Source of the DNA: Candidatus Nanohalarchaeota archaeon
GTDB lineage: Archaea > Nanohalarchaeota > Nanosalinia > Nanosalinales > Nanosalinaceae
Direction: 5' to 3'
DNA: 64,000 nt
Assembly: GCA_022729235.1 (NCBI GenBank)
Contig: JALDAJ010000001.1
Span: forward strand, 576,001-640,000
Made by a program: the position numbers and the translations under genes. This document shows positions 9,827-18,422 of this stretch, piece after piece. Position 1 is the first letter of the stretch, and each line of letters starts with the position of its first letter. Under the pieces are notes generated by a model. It was given only the letters and a program-made list of their open reading frames with translations, ran no database searches and was not told the DNA's origin.

Positions 9827-10025
9827 AGTTGATTATTCACCTCGAAACTGCCTGGCAGTTTCTGCGATTGCATGAACTCCTCAGGAGTTCAGCAAGTTCC
9901 ATAGGCCTCGCAAGAGGCTTGTCCATCCGAGAACTCGAAACTCCATATAGGAGTTTCTGCGACCCCGGAACCTTAGGCTCCGGGCATCTAGATGGTAATT
10001 CAACAGTCACAACCAAGTTTTATAA
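9827..10025 (-). promoter_or_regulatory. rpl3-operon promoter (TTTATAAA about 10018-10025) and hairpin-rich leader with SD GAGGTG
   Basis: Five stacked inverted repeats between 9841 and 9985, two matching the REP-like consensus. Confidence 0.6.
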
Positions 10026-10054
10026 AGGGAGCGATAGGGTGATTAGAAGCGCAA

Positions 10055-10249
10055 CTATGTATTGTAATCCAGGATGTCTTCGGCTATCTTTCTGAACTCC
10101 TCGCTGTCTAAATCTTCTATCTCTTCCCTGACTTCTTCCTCGGGAAGGTCGGCGAGCATGTCCTCTATCTCTTCCTGAAGTTTCTCCTCTATCTCCGCGT
10201 CGCCGGTGTTCGTCCTTGAGAACTCGTGCCGTATTTTTTCTAGGGACAT
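10055..10249 (-). CDS. Small acidic hypothetical protein
   Basis: 64 aa, acidic composition typical of this genome, co-oriented after rtcB. Confidence 0.65.
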   Translation of the reverse strand: MSLEKIRHEFSRTNTGDAEIEEKLQEEIEDMLADLPEEEVREEIEDLDSEEFRKIAEDILDYNT

Positions 10250-10263
10250 GTATTCTACTGTAG

Positions 10264-13110
10264 CTAACCCTTTATGTTCGCGATGGGTGTTGTGCGCACG
10301 ACTTTCTCTCCGATTCCGAGTTCGTCGGAGACCTTGATTACCTCGTCCACGTCCTTGTAGGCGCCCGGCGCCTCCTCCGCGACGGTTGAGCCTGAGGCAG
10401 CCTTCACGTAGACTCCGTCGCGCTCTAGCTCCTGCATTAAGCGTTCGCCGTAGTAGTCCTGCTTCGCCTGCGTTCTTGACATGAGCCTTCCGGCGCCGTG
10501 TGCCGTAGAGCCGAACGATATCTCAAGCGATTCCTGTCCGCCAGACAGGATGTAGCTGGAGGTTCCCATAGTTCCTGGGATGAGGACGGGCTGTCCGACG
10601 TCTTGATACACGTCTGGCACCTCTTCACGCCCAGCAGGCATCGCTCTAGTCGCGCCTTTACGGTGTACCAGAAGCTCCTTCTCCTCTCCGTCGACTTCAT
10701 GCATCTCTTTCTTGGCGATGTTGTGGCACACGTCGTACACCAGGTCTACGGTTACGTCTTCAGCGATGAGGTTGAGCGCTTCCCTGACGGCCTCCGTCAT
10801 GGCCTGCCTGTTTGCCCACGCGAAGTTGGCGGCGGCGTTCATCGCGTTCCAGTAGTCCTGGCCGAGCCTATCTCCGAGTGGTGCGTAGATCAGCTCCTTA
10901 TCAGGTATGGCATCAACTATTTCAGGGTAGTTCTCCTCGAACTTTCTGAGGTACTCGGTGCAGGTCTGGTGGCCCAGTCCCCGTGACCCGGAGTGAATCA
11001 TAACTACTATCTGGTCTTCTTCCAGGCCGTATGCCTCCGCCTTTTCATCGCTGTATACATCCTCGACTTTTTGAACCTCGAGGAAGTGGTTTCCGCTTCC
11101 AAGGGAGCCGAGCTGACCGACTCCTCTCTTTTTGGCTTTTTCTGGCACTTTGCTGGCATCTCCGTCCAGGCGACCGTTTTCCTCGCACCGTTCCAGGTCT
11201 TCCTCCTTTGCGTGTCCGTTCTCCAGCATCCATTCCATTCCTTTCTCCAGTATCTTTTCCAGGTCGTCGCGGTCGATTTCCAGGTATCCTCTACCACCAA
11301 GTCCGGTAGGTACCTTACTGAAGAGGACGTTTGCAAGTTGCTGTTCCTTGCCCTCTATGTCTTCGTAGGTCAGGCTGGTTCTGAGAACTCTTACTCCGCA
11401 GTTAGATACTATAAACTGGTTTGAAATGAAATTGTGTGCTTCATGTTTTACTCCGATGTCATAAACCTTTTCTTTTCCTGTTTTTTCTATGTGCTTAACT
11501 GTTGCTTTCACTGCTAGATTGTCTTTCACTTCTATATCTTCTGTGAATTCCTCGTAGCCGGGGAATTCTTTGGGCGGTCTTGAAGTGGTTTTCCTGCCCG
11601 AGTATATGCTTCTCTCTATAAACCTGTTGTTGATATCAAATCTCTGCTTTAGTTCCTTAGGTGCTACATTATTTTCATAGAGTTCAACGCATTTCTCTGC
11701 GATTTTCTCTCTTCTCTCAATAGCTTTCTGCTTGGTCTTAAGGTACTGTGTTGCTTTAACTGCTTTCTTCTGTTTCTCAAGGTTGTATCTGTATCCGATT
11801 CTGGTGAAGAACCGGATCAGGTTTTCAGAGTCATTTTTTATTCCGAGTCGGAACCTGATAACTTCTCCATTTTTGTTCTCGTTTGTTTCAAATTCTTCGA
11901 TCTGGTTTGTTTCTATGTCCATCTGTTTCAGGACTCTCTTGATTTCCTGCATAAACTTTCTTCCGGATTCCCTGGCTTCAATGTTCTTGTTCTGTGATAC
12001 CTTGGGACAGTAAAGATTTTTGTCATGCTGCGCTTTAGGAGAACTCATTTCTGCACCGAAAAAGGCGGATAGATAAAGTGCGACCTGCCAGTCTGCAAGT
12101 TCTGAGAGTTGCTCTGGTGTTGTGAACTCTTCTTTCGTCTTAGTTCCTTCAGGAACTCCGATTTTGGTCAGTAGTTTCCTGAAGGCCTTCGATGTTGACT
12201 TGATACTGTATTCGGTTCTCTGGAATTCTCTGTCTTTTACCTCGTGTTTTCTTTCTCTTGAATAGATGGGGGAGGGCTTGAATCCGAGTTCTTCGATGTC
12301 TTTCTGTATCTGCTTCAGGTCTTTTTCCTTACCGTAGAAAGTAGTTTCTCCGTGATTGTTGAAAGACCCGTCACCTGTGTGGAATCCTGCCAGCTTCAGC
12401 AAGATGTTGAACTCTCTGTCAGTAGTTTTCAACGGCAGTAAATCTCTTTTCTCCAGCGCCTGCACGAGCTGCTGGCTCTCGTCTTTGAAATCTTCTCTCG
12501 TGAGAACCTCTTTTTCTTTAGGGTCTTCGTCAGGAAGGCCCTTGAACGGTCGTAGGTATACTTGTGATCCTTCAGAGATCTTATCAAGTTTTTTCATACC
12601 TTCCGTTGTAAGGAAAGGATGGTCTCCTGTTGCCTTGATTTTCTCGCCAGTTTCTGTTTCGACTTTGTATACTTCTTTTTCTTCTTTTTCTGTGAATAAC
12701 TGGATTCGTGACTCGACGGGTTTCTCGGCGGTTACAACCGCCTTTTCTTTATGGAAGTTATTCTTTAGTTTTTCAATCTCTGTAGATCTCCCGAACTCCA
12801 ACAAAACCTCTGAATCGCCCGTTAAGCAGTTTATATCATAGCCGATTCCTCCGGGGCTTATAACTCCGTTTTCAGTGTCTACAGCTGCGACTCCTCCGAT
12901 AGGGAAGCCGTAGCCCTGGTGGCCGTCTGGCATCACGATAGAGTATTTCTGGATGCCGGGCAGTGTCGCAACGTTTTTCACCTGTTCCAGGGTGTCGTCC
13001 TGTTTGATTTCTTCCAGCAGTTCTTCTGAGGCGTAAACTCTGCCAGGGACGTTCATTTTTCCCTCCTTCGGGATTTCGTAGACGTTCTCTGATACTTTGT
13101 TTAGTTCCAT
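10264..13110 (-). CDS. rtcB: tRNA-splicing ligase RtcB with intein
   Basis: MPDGHQGYGFPIGG, GYDINC, GSGNHFLE, HSGSRG, HRKGAT, HGAGR, EEAPGAYK. Confidence 0.97.
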   Translation of the reverse strand: MELNKVSENVYEIPKEGKMNVPGRVYASEELLEEIKQDDTLEQVKNVATLPGIQKYSIVMPDGHQGYGFPIGGVAAVDTENGVISPGGIGYDINCLTGDSEVLLEFGRSTEIEKLKNNFHKEKAVVTAEKPVESRIQLFTEKEEKEVYKVETETGEKIKATGDHPFLTTEGMKKLDKISEGSQVYLRPFKGLPDEDPKEKEVLTREDFKDESQQLVQALEKRDLLPLKTTDREFNILLKLAGFHTGDGSFNNHGETTFYGKEKDLKQIQKDIEELGFKPSPIYSRERKHEVKDREFQRTEYSIKSTSKAFRKLLTKIGVPEGTKTKEEFTTPEQLSELADWQVALYLSAFFGAEMSSPKAQHDKNLYCPKVSQNKNIEARESGRKFMQEIKRVLKQMDIETNQIEEFETNENKNGEVIRFRLGIKNDSENLIRFFTRIGYRYNLEKQKKAVKATQYLKTKQKAIERREKIAEKCVELYENNVAPKELKQRFDINNRFIERSIYSGRKTTSRPPKEFPGYEEFTEDIEVKDNLAVKATVKHIEKTGKEKVYDIGVKHEAHNFISNQFIVSNCGVRVLRTSLTYEDIEGKEQQLANVLFSKVPTGLGGRGYLEIDRDDLEKILEKGMEWMLENGHAKEEDLERCEENGRLDGDASKVPEKAKKRGVGQLGSLGSGNHFLEVQKVEDVYSDEKAEAYGLEEDQIVVMIHSGSRGLGHQTCTEYLRKFEENYPEIVDAIPDKELIYAPLGDRLGQDYWNAMNAAANFAWANRQAMTEAVREALNLIAEDVTVDLVYDVCHNIAKKEMHEVDGEEKELLVHRKGATRAMPAGREEVPDVYQDVGQPVLIPGTMGTSSYILSGGQESLEISFGSTAHGAGRLMSRTQAKQDYYGERLMQELERDGVYVKAASGSTVAEEAPGAYKDVDEVIKVSDELGIGEKVVRTTPIANIKG
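11401..12828 (-). mobile_element. 476-aa intein with LAGLIDADG homing endonuclease
   Basis: DIN|CLTGD...HNFISNQFIVSN|CGVR; block B TGDHPF; LAGFHTGDG and LSAFFGAE helices; AT-richer than exteins. Confidence 0.93.
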
Positions 13111-13203
13111 GTTATCTCCTTGGCGGGTAAGCTTTTTACAAACTGAGGGGCTTTGTAATACAGATTAAGGATTAATCGGGTTATAAGGTGTTTTTGTATT
13201 ACA

Positions 13204-13617
13204 TCAGATGTCCAGCACGGTTTCGATAACCCATTCGCCGTCTCCGTGTTCGACTTTCATCTCGTTGTAGGTCGGTCCCTTGACATCGAGATATGAGCCG
13301 CCGGGGTCGATGGTGTCGGTAAGTATGTCTGCTGTGAGTCGGTACCCTTTGTCTGTTTCTTCTATATCGGCGTTTTCGGCTTCACAGACTATGACTCCTT
13401 CGGTGTCTTGAAGGAATATCAGCTCGTCCATGAAGTCAAACAGCAGCGCCTCCAGGTTCTCTGACTCTACCTCTATATCGTAACCTACCTGTCCGGTCTC
13501 GCCGTCGCCGACGACCGCCCCAAAACCTTTTACTGCCTCGGAGAAGACACCTTCCAGTGTTTCTCCTGTGGCGCGGAACTTGATATCTGCGGTGTGTTCA
13601 AGTATCTCGTACGGCAT
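13204..13617 (-). CDS. Archease (RtcB cofactor)
   Basis: EHTAD, VKGPTY, C-terminal VLDI; adjacent to rtcB. Confidence 0.95.
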   Translation of the reverse strand: MPYEILEHTADIKFRATGETLEGVFSEAVKGFGAVVGDGETGQVGYDIEVESENLEALLFDFMDELIFLQDTEGVIVCEAENADIEETDKGYRLTADILTDTIDPGGSYLDVKGPTYNEMKVEHGDGEWVIETVLDI

Positions 13618-13618
13618 C

Positions 13619-14206
13619 TCAGTTGAACCTCTCTGGAAACAGCTTTTCCAGGATTTCGTCTACAAGCTGGTTTTGTTCCTCGATACTTAATTCAGTGTTG
13701 TCCATTATGATGTCGTAGATATCCCTCTCTTCCGGGTTGATGCCGTAGTAGTCCTCGTAGCGCTGGTAGTCCTCTGTATCCCGTTTCTCCACTATCTCTT
13801 CCGCCTCTTCTGGATCGTAACCATCACGTTCCGCTGTCCTTTTAGCTCTCTCGGAGAGATCTGCCTCCACGTAAATTCTGAGATCTGAGTAGTCGCCGAG
13901 CGCCCATGATGGAAGCCTGCCGTCTATCACACAAGATTTCTTGAGACCTCTCTCCAGGGTTCTCCGGTCGATTTCCAGGTCAATTTCTTTCTCCGCCTCT
14001 TCTGACAGTTCGTGATCTTCAAGCCCGCGTTCCTCCGCTACCTGGTAGAAAACGTCGCTGGCAGAGAAATGTTCTATACCGAGTCTTTGCGCTATGTGTT
14101 CTGCAATAGTTCCCTTTCCCGCGCCTGCAGGACCGTCTACTGTGATGACGATATCTGATTCTTTCTCCCGGTCACTGTTCTGGAATTCTTCTATGTAACT
14201 TCCCAT
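13619..14206 (-). CDS. cmk: Cytidylate kinase, archaeal type
   Basis: GPAGAGKGT, IDGRL, RYEDYYGIN. Confidence 0.9.
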   Translation of the reverse strand: MGSYIEEFQNSDREKESDIVITVDGPAGAGKGTIAEHIAQRLGIEHFSASDVFYQVAEERGLEDHELSEEAEKEIDLEIDRRTLERGLKKSCVIDGRLPSWALGDYSDLRIYVEADLSERAKRTAERDGYDPEEAEEIVEKRDTEDYQRYEDYYGINPEERDIYDIIMDNTELSIEEQNQLVDEILEKLFPERFN

Positions 14207-14230
14207 GTCCTCGGATTCTCTCGCGGTATT

Positions 14231-14467
14231 TTATTCGTTCTGGTCAATCCACTTTTTGGCGCGGGAAATCATCTCTTCTTTCAGTCCGATGAAGACTCCG
14301 CCGTTCTTACCGCCGACAAACGTGTTCTCTCCCGGCTCTATTATCTCGTTGAGTTCCTCGTGTTCGACGTCGATGTGGACGTTCTGCGACCCCGAGTCCT
14401 CGTCTTTTTTATGGACGTAAACTTTGGCGTCTTCCAGCTCAATCTTGGACTTGTGTGGTCCTGCCAT
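14231..14467 (-). CDS. Small hypothetical protein
   Basis: 78-aa ORF, HIDVEH...TFVGGKNGGVFIGL. Confidence 0.7.
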   Translation of the reverse strand: MAGPHKSKIELEDAKVYVHKKDEDSGSQNVHIDVEHEELNEIIEPGENTFVGGKNGGVFIGLKEEMISRAKKWIDQNE

Positions 14468-14498
14468 GAAGAATTATTAGTTGTAGAGTATGAAGAAT

Positions 14499-14672
14499 GT
14501 TCGCCGGGACTGTTCGAAGACTCTAGAGTTCCTGCATTGTGACCGGTGTTGCCGGTCGACCACCGGAGGTGGTCACTATGATCGAACTTGGTAAAGTTCG
14601 CCGGGACTGGGTTCGAAAATCAAAAGATTTTCTGCAACTCGAAACCAGAACTTGGTTTCTCGGATTTGAACC
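14499..14672. repeat. Two partial copies of the tRNA-Ser 3' end interleaved with hairpin repeats
   Basis: CGCCGGGACTG at 14502 and 14599; GGATTTGAACCC at about 14661; REP-like hairpins between. Confidence 0.75.
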
Positions 14673-14726
14673 CTGAACTTCTCGTGAGAGATGTGAGGAT
14701 AATCAAATCCAGCAAGGCGTCAAAGA

Positions 14727-14815
14727 CGCCGGGACTGGGATTTGAACCCAGGAGGGCCGTCACAGCCCACTGGTTCTCAAGACCAGCGCGATCAGCCAGA
14801 CTCCGCCATCCCGGC
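14727..14815 (-). tRNA. tRNA-Ser(UGA)
   Basis: GCCGGGA acceptor stem, CTGGT-CTTGAGA-ACCAG anticodon arm, long variable arm, TTCAAAT, G discriminator. Confidence 0.95.
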
Positions 14816-15000
14816 AGATTATAAATCTGCTGTGGATACAGAAACTCTTATGAGTTCCGAAGATTGTAAAATCTTCAGGACGTAGAAGATCCGTAGTGGA
14901 TCTTCGAGTTTCGCATCCCGGCAATAAGTCTAGTAGAAGTTAGCTGCTGGAAGATTTAAATTAGAGGAGGTTTTTTAGCCCGGAAAAAGAAATCTGGCTT

Positions 15001-15369
15001 ATGAAGGATGTTAAAAGAACAGAGGCGGTTATCGGTCTTACCTTTGCGTTTCTAGTTGTTCTGGGCTCTATAACTCTTTTCGGGGATATGGGTTACTACG
15101 TTATCTGGAGTTACGTTGGGCTAGTATTTTTGTCTGGATTCCTATCTTATGCAGTCGCTTTTAGGTTGACTGGAGATATAGTGAGAAGTGTCTACGCTTT
15201 TTTAGCTAGTTTGGTCGCAGTTATCTCTGTTTCAGTATTCTATGGGCGGATGATTCTCGCTGAACCTTTCTATATAGATTTTGTGGCGTTTGTAACTTCC
15301 GCGGTCTTACTAGGTGCGGTAATAACAGGAGGTCTAGGAGCCTACTTGTTTTCTAGATGGAGAATGTAG
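15001..15369 (+). CDS. Hypothetical membrane protein (about 4 TM)
   Basis: Hydrophobic 122-aa ORF. Confidence 0.7.
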   Translation: MKDVKRTEAVIGLTFAFLVVLGSITLFGDMGYYVIWSYVGLVFLSGFLSYAVAFRLTGDIVRSVYAFLASLVAVISVSVFYGRMILAEPFYIDFVAFVTSAVLLGAVITGGLGAYLFSRWRM

Positions 15370-15379
15370 TAAAGAAGAA

Positions 15380-15688
15380 TCACTCAGTCAGCTCGATTTC
15401 GATGTCGACGCCTTCCGGGACGTGGACACGCATGACCTGGCGTAGTGCGCGTTCGCTTTCCTTGATGTCGATCAGGCGGTTGTGGACGTGCATCTCGTAG
15501 CGTTCGATTGTCTCGCTTCCTTCTCCGTCGGGAGCTTTTCTAGTCGGGATCTCTAGAACGTTTGTTGGTAGAGGTACTGGTCCTGAAACTGTAGCGTTGT
15601 ACTCCTTCCCGATCTCTACTACTTCTTCCGCCAGTTCGTCAATCTTTCCCTGGTCGGTGCTCCGTAGTTTTACACGTGCCTTCTGCAT
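15380..15688 (-). CDS. rps10: 30S ribosomal protein S10
   Basis: GPVPLPT, RKAPDGEGS, HNRLID. Confidence 0.97.
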   Translation of the reverse strand: MQKARVKLRSTDQGKIDELAEEVVEIGKEYNATVSGPVPLPTNVLEIPTRKAPDGEGSETIERYEMHVHNRLIDIKESERALRQVMRVHVPEGVDIEIELTE

Positions 15689-15728
15689 AGCAATCTAGTT
15701 GGAGTTAAATCTTATAAATGGTGCAGAG

Positions 15729-16082
15729 CTACGGCAGATATCTTTCTCTGTTGTTTTCTTTCCATACTTGGTAAGTACGTTGGGGTATTGAGGTTCCTGC
15801 AAGCATTGCAGATCCTCTAAGTAAAGCGGAAGAGGTTCCAACGGCTAGACTGGTCTTAAGATATCCTTTTGCAGCAGATGCTCCTGTTATTATTGCACCC
15901 CAGTATGCCAGATTGTTCGCTAATTCGATACCTGCCTCTTTGACATCCATATTTTCTATCTCATCTCGCACTATGTCTGAGTATGTAGAATCTGTTTCTA
16001 GGGCTTCATGAGACGATATCTGTGATTCAAGCAGTTCTTCCCAGGATTCCTCTCCTGCTTTTTCAAGATAAACGGGGTCCAT
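15729..16082 (-). CDS. Hypothetical protein
   Basis: 117-aa orphan between tuf and rps10. Confidence 0.6.
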   Translation of the reverse strand: MDPVYLEKAGEESWEELLESQISSHEALETDSTYSDIVRDEIENMDVKEAGIELANNLAYWGAIITGASAAKGYLKTSLAVGTSSALLRGSAMLAGTSIPQRTYQVWKENNRERYLP

Positions 16083-16155
16083 AAGGAAGATTTAGAGGAT
16101 GGTATCGACTATTAGAATTTGTTCGGAAGAATGTAGGTCTCGGAGTAGAATAAGC

Positions 16156-16611
16156 CTATATCTGGTCTGGAGAGTCAATTTCTATTTCTCCGTCCGGGTC
16201 AGTCTCTATCTCTATTGTTATACCATACTCGTCTGGGTTATATTCCATTCCAACTTCTTTGTGAAGCTCGCGAAGACGTCTATCTATCTCCAGTTCGTCG
16301 TCCACAGTCTCGCCATCGTAAGCTTCAAGTTTCTCGTCGATAGTTACAGAGGCGTCAAAATCTTCTGTCTGTCCGTACTGCTTTCTGGTTATTTCTGCTT
16401 CGCGTCTATGAGCGTATATTGCTCCGCCTGTACACACTACCGTGTTCAGTATCCAAATTCCTGCGGAATCTCCGTTCAGAAGTCTTTCTATAGCTACTAT
16501 ACTTGAGCCTGCGGCACCAACTCCTAATACGACTTCTGCTAAGGAATTAGGAGCGTAGTTTGTAGGTAAATACTCGAAGTAATTGTCAATAGGCTTACTT
16601 CCATTGTTCAT
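16156..16611 (-). CDS. Hypothetical membrane protein
   Basis: Two hydrophobic segments plus acidic tail. Confidence 0.6.
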   Translation of the reverse strand: MNNGSKPIDNYFEYLPTNYAPNSLAEVVLGVGAAGSSIVAIERLLNGDSAGIWILNTVVCTGGAIYAHRREAEITRKQYGQTEDFDASVTIDEKLEAYDGETVDDELEIDRRLRELHKEVGMEYNPDEYGITIEIETDPDGEIEIDSPDQI

Positions 16612-16658
16612 TTTAACCAGATAAATAGAAATAGAAAGTAGGGGAAAGGAGAAGAAAC

Positions 16659-17927
16659 TTAGTTCTTCTCTTCGACGCTTAGAGCCATTCCGGCTCCGAC
16701 TGTCTGTCCCATGTCCCTGATCGCGAAACGGCTCATCTGTGGGATTTCGTCGTTTTCTTCGATGACGAGTGGCTGCTGTGGTGTAATCTCCACGATCGCT
16801 GCCTGTCCCTGCTTGATGTAGTCAGGGTCTTCCTCGACTGTTTCGCCGGTCTTAGGGTTCATGGTCTTCTTCAGGTCTGTGAAGGTGCATGAAACCTGTG
16901 CTGTGTTAACGTGGAATACCGGCGTGTACCCTTCGCTGATGACGTTAGGGTGGTTGAGGACGATGACCTGCGCCTCGAAGGAGTCAACGACTGTCGGAGG
17001 ATTGTCTGCTGGTCCTGCAACGTCTCCTTTCTTGACATCGTCTGTTCCTACTCCTCTGGTGTTCCATCCGATGTTGTCCCCTGGCTCTGCAGATTCAACT
17101 TCTTCGTGGTGCATCTCGATTGTCTTAACTTCTCCGCCTACACCTGCGGGCTGGAATGTGAGGTCGTCTCCCTGGGAAATCTCTCCTGTCTCAACACGTC
17201 CTACGGATACAGCTCCGATTCCGGAGATGTTGTAGACGTCCTGGATAGGAATTCTTGTTGGGAGGTCGACAGCTCTTTCAGGTTCTTCGAAGTCGTCTAG
17301 AGCGTCGACAAGGGTTGGTCCGTCGTACCATCCTGTCTCGTCGCTCTCTGTTGCGACGTTCTCTCCTTCGAATGAGGAGATAGGTACGAAGTCGATGTCA
17401 GATGGATCGTATCCTACACCTTGAAGCATCTGGGATACTTCGTCCTTGATGTCGTTGTATGCTCCTTCCTCGTAGTCTTCGAGATCCATCTTGTTGATGG
17501 CGACAGCCAGCTGGTCGATTCCAAGGGTCTTTGCAAGGTATGCGTGCTCCTTGGTCTGCGGCTGGATACCGTCGTCAGCAGCTACGACCAGTACGCCTGC
17601 ATCCGCCTGGGATGCTCCTGTGATCATGTTTTTGATGAAGTCGCGGTGTCCGGGAGCGTCGATGATTGTGAAGTAGTAGTTGTCAGAGTCGAACTCCTGG
17701 TGTGCAAGGTCGATTGTTACTCCTCTTTCACGTTCTTCCTCGATGGTGTCCATCGCGAACGCGAAGGAGAATGTTTCCTTGCCTGCTTCTTCTGCTGCTT
17801 CTTCTAGCTTCCTCATCTCTTCTTGTGGAAGGTTTTCAGTCTCCCACAGTAGTCGTCCGATTGTGGTGGACTTTCCGTGGTCGACGTGACCGATAAATAC
17901 TAGGTTAATGTGTGGTTTGTCTGCCAT
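16659..17927 (-). CDS. tuf: Elongation factor 1-alpha
   Basis: [31 protein letters not shown]. Confidence 0.98.
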   Translation of the reverse strand: MADKPHINLVFIGHVDHGKSTTIGRLLWETENLPQEEMRKLEEAAEEAGKETFSFAFAMDTIEEERERGVTIDLAHQEFDSDNYYFTIIDAPGHRDFIKNMITGASQADAGVLVVAADDGIQPQTKEHAYLAKTLGIDQLAVAINKMDLEDYEEGAYNDIKDEVSQMLQGVGYDPSDIDFVPISSFEGENVATESDETGWYDGPTLVDALDDFEEPERAVDLPTRIPIQDVYNISGIGAVSVGRVETGEISQGDDLTFQPAGVGGEVKTIEMHHEEVESAEPGDNIGWNTRGVGTDDVKKGDVAGPADNPPTVVDSFEAQVIVLNHPNVISEGYTPVFHVNTAQVSCTFTDLKKTMNPKTGETVEEDPDYIKQGQAAIVEITPQQPLVIEENDEIPQMSRFAIRDMGQTVGAGMALSVEEKN

Positions 17928-18031
17928 AGTTTTTGCACCTGCGTATATACCGGAATTAACCGGTTAAACTTTAAAAAGGGTGTCATATACTTGTTCTTAA
18001 ACGATATTAAAGTTTATGACTTAAGAGTTAC

Positions 18032-18385
18032 ATGATGGCTGAAGATCGGGTCCAGCGAGGTAATGTCGAGTATGGTGAACAGAGTGTAGTTTCGGAGAGA
18101 GAATTTTTTGACAGAAACACTCCTGACTCCGTAGGAACGCTAAAATATGAATTTACTGGGGAAAACGGACTTTGCTGTAGACTGACTCTTTTCGATGATG
18201 GCAGGGCTAATTTCTCTTATGAATGGGGTGCTTTGGATGTAGATGATTCGGTATCTCTTAAAAGAGGTAACGATTTAGCTGATAGTTATGGATGGAGATA
18301 TGCTACAGACCAGTTAGATGATGACGACAGAGGACTGCTGGAAGACTTAGCATATGAGATTTTTGAAAATGAGATACTTAGATAA
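18032..18385 (+). CDS. Hypothetical protein
   Basis: 117-aa acidic orphan on opposite strand between fusA and tuf. Confidence 0.6.
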   Translation: MMAEDRVQRGNVEYGEQSVVSEREFFDRNTPDSVGTLKYEFTGENGLCCRLTLFDDGRANFSYEWGALDVDDSVSLKRGNDLADSYGWRYATDQLDDDDRGLLEDLAYEIFENEILR

Positions 18386-18422
18386 TAACCTTTTCCGCAG
18401 ATACTAGAAAAGAGGGAGGAGT

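Noticed and set aside
9841-14922. Hairpin clusters as CRISPR arrays
   Set aside because: No identical direct repeats at regular spacing and no cas genes.
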